A stretch of DNA of 64,000 nt, from NCBI GenBank assembly GCA_002269645.1, contig NIVC01002123.1, positions 138,706 to 202,705 on the forward strand, given 5' to 3'. Under the pieces are notes generated by a model that had not been told where the DNA came from, searched no databases, and saw only the letters and a list, made by a program, of their open reading frames with translations. Made by a program: the position numbers and the translations under genes. Each line of letters opens with the position of its first letter. Position 1 is the first letter of the stretch. Shown here piece by piece: positions 35,528 to 50,632 of this stretch. Source of the stretch: Macrostomum lignano (Eukaryota).

Positions 35528-38500
35528 ATGGGTCAGGGATTGGGCCGGAAAGAGTGCGAAGAGGTTCAGCGGAATTATCGATGTGAGTTGGGGAGTTGAG
35601 CTTCGATCGATGTGCCACTTCTAGGGAGTTTGGGGCGCCATTTTGAGAGTTAGGGGCGCCACTTTTAGAGAGTTAGGGACGCCACTTTTAGAGAGTTAGG
35701 GGCGCCACTTTTAGAGAGTTAGGAGCCTCATTTTGAGAGTTAGGTACGCCACTTTTAGAGAGTTAGGAGCCTCATTTTGAGAGTTAGGTACGCCACTTTT
35801 AGAGAGTTAGGAGCCTCATTTTGAGAGTTAGGGGCGCCACTTTTAGAGAGTTAGGAGCCTCATTTTGAGAGTTAGGGGCGCCACTTTTAGAGAGTTAGGA
35901 GCCTCATTTTGAGAGTTAGGTACGCGCCACTTTTAGAGAGTTAGGAGCCTCATTTTGAGAGTTAGGTACGCGCCACTTTTAGAGAGTTAGGAGCCTCATT
36001 TTGAGAGTTAGGTACGCGCCACTTTTAGAGAGTTAGGAGCCTCATTTTGAGAGTTAGGTACGCGCCACTTTTAGAGAGTTAGGAGCCTCATTTTGAGAGT
36101 TAGGTACGCGCCACTTTTAGAGAGTTAGGAGCCTCATTTTGAGAGTTAGGTACGCCACTTTTAGAGAGTTAGGAGCCTCATTTTGAGAGTTAGGGGCGCC
36201 ACTTTTAGAGAGTTAGGAGCCTCATTTTGAGAGTTAGGTACGCGCCACTTTTAGAGAGTTAGGAGCCTCATTTTGAGAGTTAGGTACGCGCCACTTTTAG
36301 AGAGTTAGGGACGCCACTTTTAGAGAGTTAGGGGCGCCACTTTTAGAGAGTTAGGAGCCTCATTTTGAGAGTTAGGTACGCCACTTTTAGAGAGTTAGGA
36401 GCCTCATTTTGAGAGTTAGGTACGCGCCACTTTTAGAGAGTTAGGAGCCTCATTTTGAGAGTTAGGTACGCGCCACTTTTAGAGAGTTAGGAGCCTCATT
36501 TTGAGAGTTAGGGGCACCACTTTTAGAGAGCTTGGGCGCATTTTTAGGGAGTTAGAGGCGGCATTTTTAGGGAGTTAGAGGCGGCATTTTTAGGGAGTTA
36601 GAGGCGGCATTTTTAGGGAGTTAGGGGCGGCATTTTTAGGGAGTTAGAGGCGGCATTTTTAGGGAGTTAGAGGCGGCATTTTTAGGGAGTTAGAGGCGGC
36701 ATTTTTAGGGAGTTAGGGGCGGCATTTTTAGGGAGTTAGGGGCGGCATTTTTAGGGAGTTAGGGGCGGCATTTTTAGGGAGTTAGAGGCGGCATTTTTAG
36801 GGAGTTAGAGCGCCACTTTTTGGACAGTCCGTTTGAGAGGGTTCTTACCAATCAGACCGCCAATATGCCTCACCAACCCTTCCCAAATATCGCAGTGGAC
36901 GAAGACGAACTGGACGCCTGGGTTCGCGTGTTCCAGCGCTACTGCCGGCGCCGTCGCAACAACGAGATGGACTTCGACGGCTTCTGCAAGGCTTTCGCCG
37001 AGAGCGGCGAGTCCAGGACAAATTTGCAGAAGATTTTCGCCGTGTTCGATTGGGACAAAAACGGCGTGATCTCCTTCAATGAGTTCATGTTCGCCGTGCT
37101 GGTGAACAGCAGGGTGTCCTCGAGAGTCAAGTTAAAGTGTGCGTGCTGGGTCGGGGGCTGAGTGGGTCATTAGATCTATGAATCAAGAAATCTGTAGGTC
37201 AAGGGATTGCTGGGTCAAGGGATCTGCGGGTCAAGGGATTGCTGGGTTAAAGGATCTGTTCGTCAGTGGATCTATGGGTCAAGGGATCTGTGAGTGAAGT
37301 TATCTGTGGGTCAGTGGATCGGTGGGTCAAGTGATCTGTGAGTCAAGGGATTTTTGGGTCAAGGGATCTGTGGGTTAATGGATCAGTGAGTCAATGGATC
37401 TGAGGGTCAAGGGATCTGTGGGTTAATGGATCAGTGAGTCAATGGATCTGAGGGTCAAGGGATCTGTGGGTTAATGGGATCTGTGGGTTAATGGATCAGT
37501 GAGTCAATGGATCTGAGGGTCAAGGGATCTGTGGGTTAATGGGATCTGTGGGTTAATGGATCAGTGAGTCAATGGATCTGAGGGTCAAGGGATCTGTGGG
37601 TTAATGGGATCTGAGGGTTAATGGGATCTGTGGGTTAATGGATCAGTGAGTCAATGGATTTGAGGGTCAATTTTCCGATCAAAAGACTTAAAGTTAGTAG
37701 AGCTCGAGAACAAAGTTTATGCATCAAAAGAAGTCTGCTTCGGTGACAATATCTTTTAAGTAAAAGTTACATGGCACCTGTCCACATTTGCAGTCGCATT
37801 CGATATGATTGACCGAGACGGGAATGGCGAGATTGACGAGAGAGAGCTAATGGACCTGGTGTTCCGCATCAGCTCCACCAAGTCCATGCTCATGTTCGAT
37901 GATGAAACTCCTATAAGCGAAGAGCTAGTGCACGATACTTTTAGGAATATGGACACCGTGAGTGAAAACAATATTCAGTGTTGTTATGGTGACTAGACTC
38001 GCAGTGACTGCCACAATTTGTGCCACAATCAGTGCCACAATCAGTGCCACAATCAGTGCCACAATCAATGCCACAGACAGTGCCACAATCAATGCCACAA
38101 TCAGTGCCACAATCAATGCCACAGACAGTGCCACAATCAGTGCCACAATCAGTAACACAGTCAGTGCCACAATCAGTGCCACAATCAGTGCCGCAATTTT
38201 TGGCACAATCAGTGCCACAATCAGTGCCACAATCAGTGCCGCAATTTTTGGCACAATCAGTGCCACAATCAGTGCCACAGACAGTGCCACAATCAGTGCC
38301 ACAATCAGTAACACAGTCAGTGCCACTATCAGTGCCACAATCAGTAACACAGTCAGTGCCACTATCAGTGCCACAATCAGTGCCACAGTCAGTGCCACAA
38401 TCAATGCCACAGTCAGTGCCACAATCAATGCCACAGTCAGTGCCACAATCAGTGCCACAATCAGTAACACAGTCAATGCCACAGACAGTGCCACAATCAG

Positions 38501-38661
38501 TGCCACAGTCAGTCAGGCAGTGCCGCTTCCCAACTGGCATTCAAAAAATCCCTCTCACACCGCAGAACGGTGATGGCAGCATCTCGCTCGATGAGTTCTT
38601 GGAGCAGGTGGGCCGCCACGGGGAGTGGATTTTGAAGCTGCTGGAAATCCGTCATCGCTGA
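35528..38661 (+). CDS. Neuronal calcium sensor (recoverin/GCAP/NCS)-like EF-hand protein A; join(35528..35582,36896..37138,37794..37957,38566..38661), 185 aa
   Basis: N-terminal MGQGLG; canonical loops [24 protein letters not shown] and DT|[10 protein letters not shown]; degenerate EF1; GT/AG sites give an in-frame 558-bp CDS. Confidence 0.9.
35620..36815. repeat. Intron-1 minisatellite: 44-46-bp dimer (TTTTAGAGAGTTAGGAGCCTCATTTTGAGAGTTAGGTACGCGCCAC) switching to 23-bp TTTTTAGGGAGTTAGAGGCGGCA near 36540
   Basis: Direct reading. Confidence 0.95.
37195..37670. repeat. Intron-2 minisatellite of about 16-bp monomers (GGGTCAAGGGATCTGT) with a 48-bp higher-order unit
   Basis: Period 48 (37381 to 37429). 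Confidence 0.9.
38005..38515. repeat. Intron-3 12-bp minisatellite (CAGTGCCACAAT)
   Basis: Direct reading; in-frame period gives spurious ATIS/VPQS ORFs. Confidence 0.95.
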
Positions 38662-38994
38662 GAGTTGGAACTGCTTCACCCAGCTGCGAAAGCAGTTCTC
38701 GCGAATTGCAGTACAACTAGCAAAATTTGTAAACGCTCCATGTTTGTAAATTATTATCTAATGTTCGTCGCTATTGTCTATTAATTCGAAATCATATTTT
38801 TGCTATGTTCAACTGTTTTGTGTATTGAGTGTATTAAATGTGCCTCACAACATGTGATAGTCCCAATTATTTATGTCCATATATATTGGTTTTCTTTGAT
38901 TGAGATTTTACCTATTCAGAAAATAAACTAAAGAATGTCGTCTGTTCGCCTAACAATTGTTGCACCATTCCACAGTTAAAGAGATACTAAAATA

Positions 38995-39408
38995 ACTAGA
39001 TGGGCCACTCAGGCATATAATACTTAGTAAAACGCTTTCTACTTTCAGTTCAGTAGCAAAGAAGAATATATAAGCTATTTTATAAAATAAAGGCAGATGA
39101 AATGACTGATAAGTCTAGAAGCCAAGCTTGCAGGCGTAAACAGCTTGCTAATTGGTTCAGCAATATTGTACATTGGCCAGTCCACTGAAATGTACATACC
39201 AGCTTTAAGCTTGAATTCCGAAGAAGGCAATAAAAATTGGGGTGGGGCGGGGGGTAGTGTTAAAAGGCGCGGTTGGAGTGTTTATGCTAGGAGTAAGAGC
39301 CGCCAGTAAATGAGCCTTGGCTTTAAAAATACATTAAAATGCTGCTGTTTAACTTACTACTGAACTGAAAGTAGTTTACTCGCAAATGTGCTGAGTGGCC
39401 CATCTAGT
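38995..39408. mobile_element. 414-bp MITE between the two EF-hand genes
   Basis: TIR ACTAGATGGGCCACTCAG...CTACTTTCAGTTCAGTAG inverted at the right end; flanked by TA on both sides. Confidence 0.75.
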
Positions 39409-39721
39409 TATTCTAGAATCTGTGCTCTGCCCTAGGAAAAGTTGGTCACTGCTGCCCTGCAGACAATCATGTGGCGCGTTTTCATGGCCACATGACTACA
39501 CTGGACGCTACCCGCTCTTTCACTCCCCCTCTCTGGACAATCGAACAACCGTACAATTGCAGCAGCAGTAGTGACGAGCGGTTTCTGGGTGCATGACCGA
39601 ATGAAGAAGCTCAATATAGCCTATCCTATTCTTCTCTTCTTTACTCCTACACTGAGACCTATAGGCATTTGAGTGAGGAGTGAGAACACGACAGAGTACA
39701 GATTTATACTACCTTAATTTT

Positions 39722-39726
<5 letters not shown>

Positions 39727-39767
<41 letters not shown>
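39727..39767. repeat. (TC)n microsatellite
   Basis: Direct reading. Confidence 0.95.
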
Positions 39768-39769
<2 letters not shown>

Positions 39770-39978
39770 TGCGTGTACAATGCAACCTACATTGTACATG
39801 CGACTCTATGCTAAACAGAAAGGTGAAAAAAGCATTGAAAAAATACAAAACAGATGAAAGCAACGAATGAAGCTAGAGAACCACAGGCAACCTCAGCTCA
39901 TATTGCAAGTACAGTTAGTTCAACGAAATTCACAAAGACTCCAACAGTTTTACAGACATCTGGAATCTGGACTGAGCA

Positions 39979-43739
<3,761 letters not shown>

Positions 43740-44467
43740 GCTTGGACAACGGTCTGAGATTATATACTGACGAATAACATAGGATATTTATTTGTAAAAT
43801 CTTCACAAAATTGATTTTACATACGCCTGTGCAGTGTGCATACATTCTTATACATTATAAAGATCCTGCTGGAGTGTGTACAATATTTTTTTCAAAAACA
43901 GCTATAGACTTTGCACAATGTGCAATTAATCTTACATGTGCCACTGTGTCTATCCAACTCACTGCTTGGTAGCTATAATGACAGCTCAGAGCTGACTGCT
44001 TCAGCTAGGCCGCCTGCCCCAAGGCACAGAGAGATTGAGTGTACATACCTTAAATCCGAAATTCGCCAAATGGACTACACAGACCAAGGAATTGCACAAT
44101 GTACATGTACTCGTACGAGCGTACGAGCTTCCGCAGTAAAATACAAATCAGCCCATCGTATGCATTTAAATTGTTAACATTTCTTAATTTAAATTGGTCC
44201 AAATATAAATTAGGCAAGTCTTTCTCAGGACACTTGTACTAAGCTTGTACAGCCGTGCATGGCCTGCTGTTGGGAACAGTGCCAAGCGCCCGGCAACTCC
44301 GGGCGGATTAAATGTATTAAAAATGTAAAAATACCAATTTAGCAGCGACATCGACGTAGAGGTCGGAAATATCGGCTGTCGTCGTCGAAGTGTTTTCGGG
44401 TACGTTTGTCTGCTTGTTAATGTTTGTCATGATATTGTTTGTTTGTCTGTTTGTTTTTGTTTGATTG

Positions 44468-44470
44468 TCC

Positions 44471-44554
<84 letters not shown>

Positions 44555-44557
44555 TAG

Positions 44558-44590
<33 letters not shown>

Positions 44591-44681
44591 GTCTGTCTGT
44601 CTGTCTGTCTTAGTGTCTGTCTGTCTGTCTTAGTGTCTGTCTGTCTGTCTTAGTGTCTGTCTGTCTGTCTTAGTGTCTTAG

Positions 44682-44746
<65 letters not shown>

Positions 44747-44761
44747 GCCTGTCTGTCTGTC
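44468..44761. repeat. (GTCT)n microsatellite with TTAGT interruptions
   Basis: Direct reading. Confidence 0.96.
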
Positions 44762-46311
44762 TAACGTGTTACTGTCTGTGTTTGCATGTACGTGGATATC
44801 TGGCCATTGTTTTTCAAAGATATTTGCATTTCAGTTTAACTGGACCTCCAGCCTGGTAGTAGACCTAAACCTATAAACAGGAATCCATAGTTTACACACA
44901 TGTAGTTTCTGGTCTTCCGCGGGTGTAGACCACCCAGGCGATTTACACATGTACTAGCTGAAGCGAAGAATTACTTGTATGGCCCAATTGTATATGTTGA
45001 AGTGAAAGATAGTATGAGAGTAAAGAGTACATACATGGTACATGGAAATTATAGTAAGAGAATTGCGTTAGCTTTCTGTTTTTCACCCCATATAGTGTGG
45101 CAGGATTGGGACCAACAATGAGGACTACTGTAGTTGAATTCATGGGGGTCATGACCCCCCCCAGCTGAACCAGCAGGCCAAATTTTAAGCACCCGGCCCG
45201 ACCTTCCCTGTCGCAGAGGCCTACACCCCCTGCCCCCCCCCCGGTTGCCGTTGTGAGCCTGTGCCTGTGACCCCCCCCAGAAGGAAATCCTGGCTACGCC
45301 ACTGGTTGAATTACGTCTTTCTTATTTGTACATGTATGTACATGTGTCTATTTTAATTCAATATTCATTGCAGGTCCATTGTGGGTCTTTATAACAATTA
45401 GAATCTAGTAATTGAGTGGATCGGCTGCTCTCTACAAAAGTGTAACAGCAGTGGTATTATGAGCAACAGTGAGTCTATCAGAAAGCCTAACATAATTTCT
45501 TTCGACTTTGTTTTCGACCCATAAGCAATATCGATGTAACAGTCTGCCCATTCCGGAAGCGGCTATGCATAAAGTGTTTAGAATTAAACTAATTGCTAAG
45601 AAAAAAATTTAACATTTAATTTCTTTTACGTCTGCTTTTTTATTAAAGAGTTTAAAAAGTTAAAACTTATTTAAATTTTTTTGTTATTTATTTAAGTGTG
45701 AATAATTTTAAGTCTTGACTTTCCATGACCTTCACATAATTTCTAGAATCTAGTAGTAATCGAGTGTTAGAGTAACTCTTAACATACTACATTTAAAAAA
45801 TGTTAAATAAAAGCAAACATTTCTTCTTGTGTTGTTTTTTGTATTGCTGCATTTTGTTGGGGTCAGATCGACCCTTGTCACTAATAGTTAACTTAAATCA
45901 AGATTTCTCAATTTATAACTCTCGTTAGGGGTCGGTTGGACGATATCATCATACGATACGAGCTATTCGAGATTTTCGAGACTCGATCTATTTTCAAGAT
46001 AATCGAGATTCTATGACTCGAGAGATTCGTGATTGAGCTTGATTAGCATCTAGTAGACCTACTTACTTACACTTACACTAGGCCTATTCTACCTATCAAT
46101 GCTAGTATCTTTTTATTAAATGTTTATAAGTATGATAATGATATAGATTATAGAAAGAAAAAAATTATTTAATAATGAGCTTGTTAGTAACTTGATCTGA
46201 CGTGATGTACATCAAGTATAAAAATGATAATGTTGTAGTCACCAATAGTCACATAGTCAAGGCAGATATGAGTTTGGCCTAGCAAATGGTAGGGGCTCTA
46301 TATATTTAAAT

Positions 46312-48325
46312 GGCAGTGCTTATCCCCACGGTACCGTAGGAATAATTTCTGTCTTATTCCAACGGTACCATGCGAATAATTTTCTGCTTATCCACACGGC
46401 ACACTGAGGAGATAGCTGCCCTATCTAGGCTATCTTCTACATATGCCATGCAAATAATTTTCTGCTTATCCGCACGGCACACTGAGGAGATAGCTGCCCT
46501 ATCTTCTACATATGCCATGTGAATAATTTTCTGCTTATCCGCACGGCACACTGACGAGATAGCTGCCCTATCTTCTACATATGCCGTGCGAATAATTTTC
46601 TGCTTATCTGCATGGCACACTGACGAGATAGCTGCCCTATCTTCTACATATGCCGTGCGAATAATTTTCTGCTTATCCGCATGGCACACTGACGAGATAG
46701 CTGCCCTATCTTCTACATATGCCGTGCGAATAATTTTCTGCTTATCCGCACGGCACACTGATGAGATAGCTGCCCTATCTTCTACATATGCCGTGCGAAT
46801 AATTTTCTGCTTATCCGCACGGCACACTGACGAGAAAGTTGCCCTATCTTCTACATATGCCGTGCAAATAATTTTCTGCTTATCCGCACGGCACACTGAT
46901 GATATAGCTGCCTTATCTTCTACATATGCCGTGTAGGAAGTTTATTACATACAATTTGAGTGCAGTATAACAACATAACTTGGCTTGAACATTTGTTGAT
47001 TGAAAATGTGTCTTGTCAGGCTCCATGCTTCGACTATGTTTTCCTAGGCTTGTTGCATGCCGTGGCCTATAGACACTCAAGGGTTTTTAGCCTGACTTGT
47101 GTGTTTTTCTCGTAGCAAGCCAGTTTTTTAGCAGCCAGTTTGTGTCCCATTTTTATTGAAGTGAAAAATTATGGAATAATAGCTATTTTTAGCAGAGTTA
47201 TAGCTTAAATGACAATACTTTTGTTCCACCCGAGCAGCTGCTGCTGTTTGACAAAAAATTACGCAGTAGTATATTTTAAATATTTGCGGTACCACTATTA
47301 TTCTCAATTTGCTATACCATAATTAGCTCCATTTATCCTGCAAGCCTGCTGGTACTCAAAAAGTCAGACGTTTTATTTGCATTTCTTTCTTTTCAATTTT
47401 TTCTTCTACTCATAATATTTCACATTCGACTTTGCCCGCAGAAATTCTATCTGCTACATCTTAACATTATGTAGAAGCATATTATTATTAACTGCGCATG
47501 GTGCTAATACTTTTATTACTGTATTTCTATTTAAAACTAATTCAAAATATTTTGTCCGAAATAATGCAAAAAGGTTAGCATAAAATTTGCGAAAAGAGGT
47601 CAGTACGAGCTAAAAATCACAAATGAGAAATAAAAATACGTGCTGCACGAATCAGTTATAAAAAAGCAGAATATGCGCTCGTACTATCACGTTTTAGTCT
47701 AGGGACAGTTGCTACCTTCTCTGTTACATTTTTATGATATACCTTACGTGTGTTTACTGTTACCTCTGTACTGTCCTTGAACCATTAGGTATGAGTGCTT
47801 TGTCCTCGGGTGAGAGATTGACGCTTAAAGTTCGGGACAATGTTTTGAGATTTCTCTAAAGAACCTAATTTCGAACGGGAGTACACAAGAAACTGAGTAT
47901 ACAATGGCTATCACAACCAAAGTGTCTAATAAAAATATGTTATTATGATCAATTTTATACTTTAGAATGAAATATATTTTGTACACGTGCTTTTACAAAA
48001 AACGATCCATTTTCCTTTCCGAAAATCACCACTTTAGGTAACTTGATGAATCCTATTTTCATTTTATTTCTACTTTTGAACAGTAATAATGCAAAAAGCA
48101 GAAAGCAGAAAAAGCAGAAAATTATTTGCACGGCATATGTAGAAGATAGGGCAGCTATCTCGTCAGTGTGCCATGCGGATAAGCAGAAAATTATTCACAT
48201 GGCATATGTAGAAGATAGGACAGCTATCTCCTCAGTGTGCCGTGCAGATAAGCAGAAAATTATTCACACGGTACTGTTGGAATAAGACAAATTATTCCTA
48301 TGGTACCGTGGAGATAAGCACTGCC
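46312..48325. mobile_element. 2.0-kb MULE/foldback-like non-autonomous element with tandem 69-bp subterminal modules (about 8 left, about 2.5 right, inverted)
   Basis: TIR GGCAGTGCTTATC(C/T)CCACGGTACC; identical 9-bp flanks TATTTAAAT at 46303-46311 and 48326-48334 (near-palindromic, so the TSD reading is somewhat ambiguous). Confidence 0.82.
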
Positions 48326-48349
48326 TATTTAAATACAGAATCCAAAGAA

Positions 48350-49360
48350 GGGAACTGTTAATTCAGTGACAGTCAGTTTGGTGACATCCATTTTGGTAAC
48401 AGGTTACTTTGGCGACAAATGTGTGTCTAGCCAATGCAAATGATTCAATAGAGAAATTTTTGTAAAAAAACCCTTTTTGTCATAAATTAAAAATCAATTT
48501 TGAATTTAGGTTAAAATAGTTTTCTTGGTAATTACTGTATTTCAATGTCTTGCTAAGTTAAGATACATAATATGTCTAAGGGATATTACATTTTTTTTGT
48601 GTAAGCAAAGGATTTCTAATAAATAAATAAACAAAAAAATAAATCTAACAATCTTAATTTAATTTAATATTTTTTTGCTTTAGGCCCTATGCTTTGCCAG
48701 TATGCATGGACATAGTATTTTATTTTTTTATTTTATAAGCTTTTGACAAGTTAATTTTCAACAAAATAAGGAAGTATAAGTATAGAGGTAAATAGCATGT
48801 TTCTGAGAAGCACTTTGCTTTGAGTACTTAGTAGTAATGGTAAGTAAGTTTGGCTTAGGCAGGAAGCCTGTTTGGCCAGTATATGTAAGTGTATTTAATG
48901 AAAATTTAAAAGTAGAAAGAAAACCTTATGCATAAATATGAGTTTTGCAATAGTATAGTATTTGAAAGAGTGCCTAAATTTTTCAAATGAAGAAAAAGTA
49001 TTTAAATAGGCCTAAGGAATTAAAAAACAAGCATTGTATAAACTTGATATATGTGATTGTAATGTGATGTAAATGTAATTTAATGTAATGTGATTTGAAA
49101 GAAATCTTTTAAAAATTTAAATATAGGGCCTACATCTTTTTCTTAGAAACACTTCACTTTAAACAAGACAAGCAGTCCTTTTCAAAACTGACCTATTTAA
49201 GCAAGGCATCAAATTACAAGTGACTAATCTAGAGTATTTATTGCAGTTTAAATGTGAAATTATGCATACATTATTTGTTATCAAGTAACCTGTTGCCAAA
49301 ATGGATGTCACCAAACTGATTGTCACCAAACTGACTATCACTGAAGTAACCGTAATTCCC
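48350..49360. mobile_element. Decayed inverted-repeat DNA element, CpG-free interior
   Basis: Left CAGTGACAGTCAGTTTGGTGACATCCATTTTGGTAACAGGTTACTT is inverted at about 49283-49345; GGGAA termini; no TSD found. Confidence 0.65.
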
Positions 49361-50632
49361 AATAAACTCCCAACTCCACAGAGATGAGTCATAGACTATT
49401 TAAATGAATCTAATATGCTACTTTGTATTTGACTTGTAATTTTAAATTGTAATTTTATAAAATCTTTAGTTTTTTGCCTAGCCCTAGCCTAGGTTTTATT
49501 TAATTACATTAAAATGTAGTTATAGATAGATAGATCTATTTATCATTGAACCAATCAAAAAGGTGACAATTATAAAACCTAGTATATATAGATACTAGTC
49601 AATTTGGTGACAAGTTGCATTTGTGGTAGACATGCTTCATATTTTATGAAAAATTAAAATTTCATGAGTATAGTATAGTCATTTTAGTGATAAGAAGCTT
49701 CATAATATTAATTTGTAACTGTTTTGTTAAGATTTATGTTTTGTATATATATTTGAAAGTTTCTATCAAAAGATTAATATATTAAAGAAAAAATCAAACT
49801 AATTAGATTTTTTTGTGCAGATCATTTTAAATTGTCCTAGAATATTTAAACATAGAAACCATCGACCTATAAAGAATCCTCATAAAATTCTGACCATAAT
49901 AAAAGCAGAGCTATTCACTGGATTTCGATTAGAAAACATAAATTCAAAAGATCACAATTCTATATTTGTCTGTAAATTTTCTCTGTAAACTTTAATGATA
50001 AAAACATTTCTTTTTTAATATAGCCTTAAAATAATCTTTAATAAAAAACTTTTTTATAGATATCTCTACAAATAACACCTAAAATTTTGTTCTTTTGCCT
50101 ATACTATATATACTATATCTGTACCCATAGCTAAGTACTCGTAATTTCCTCTTTAGCCTCTATCACACAATATGCACATAGAGTCAAAAATCTTGGTTGT
50201 ATGAGTCCTCAATCCCAAGGACTTAAGAGTTCCCCTGGCAACATTCATTTAATAATTTATTTCTATCCTCCAATCTATTAACCCAAGAGCTCTAATGATT
50301 AATGGATAAAACTGCAAAGGTTTGCAAGAAATATCAATCTAGTTGCAAATGCTATTTTTAGCAAATATGCCAGACTGTATAAGCATATGACTGATCTTGT
50401 TCTAAATCTTCTCAACAGCCAGCCATATATCTGTATCTGAATCTAAAGCTTTTGAAAAATTAGTTCAATAAATAAGGTAATTGCCACTTTCCAAAGATAC
50501 ATTGCAACACTATAATTATGAGCATACTTTTTTGCCACCCCTCGTAATGAAATAAAAATCGTTAAAAGTTGAACCAATATTTAACGGGCTGTAATCTTAA
50601 CATTGCATGCGATAGCAACTAAAAAGTACATC

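Noticed and set aside
37925-38661. ATISAT-repeat ORF resembling an antifreeze or ice-binding protein
   Set aside because: Lies inside intron 3 of EF-hand gene A, bounded by GT/AG sites that give a perfect EF-hand 4; the 12-bp period keeps frames open trivially.
44930-45305. MITE-like ends (CCTGGCTACGCCACTG at about 45290; similar G/C-run fragments at about 9565-9720 and 40500-40590)
   Set aside because: Could not find matching partner termini or TSDs.
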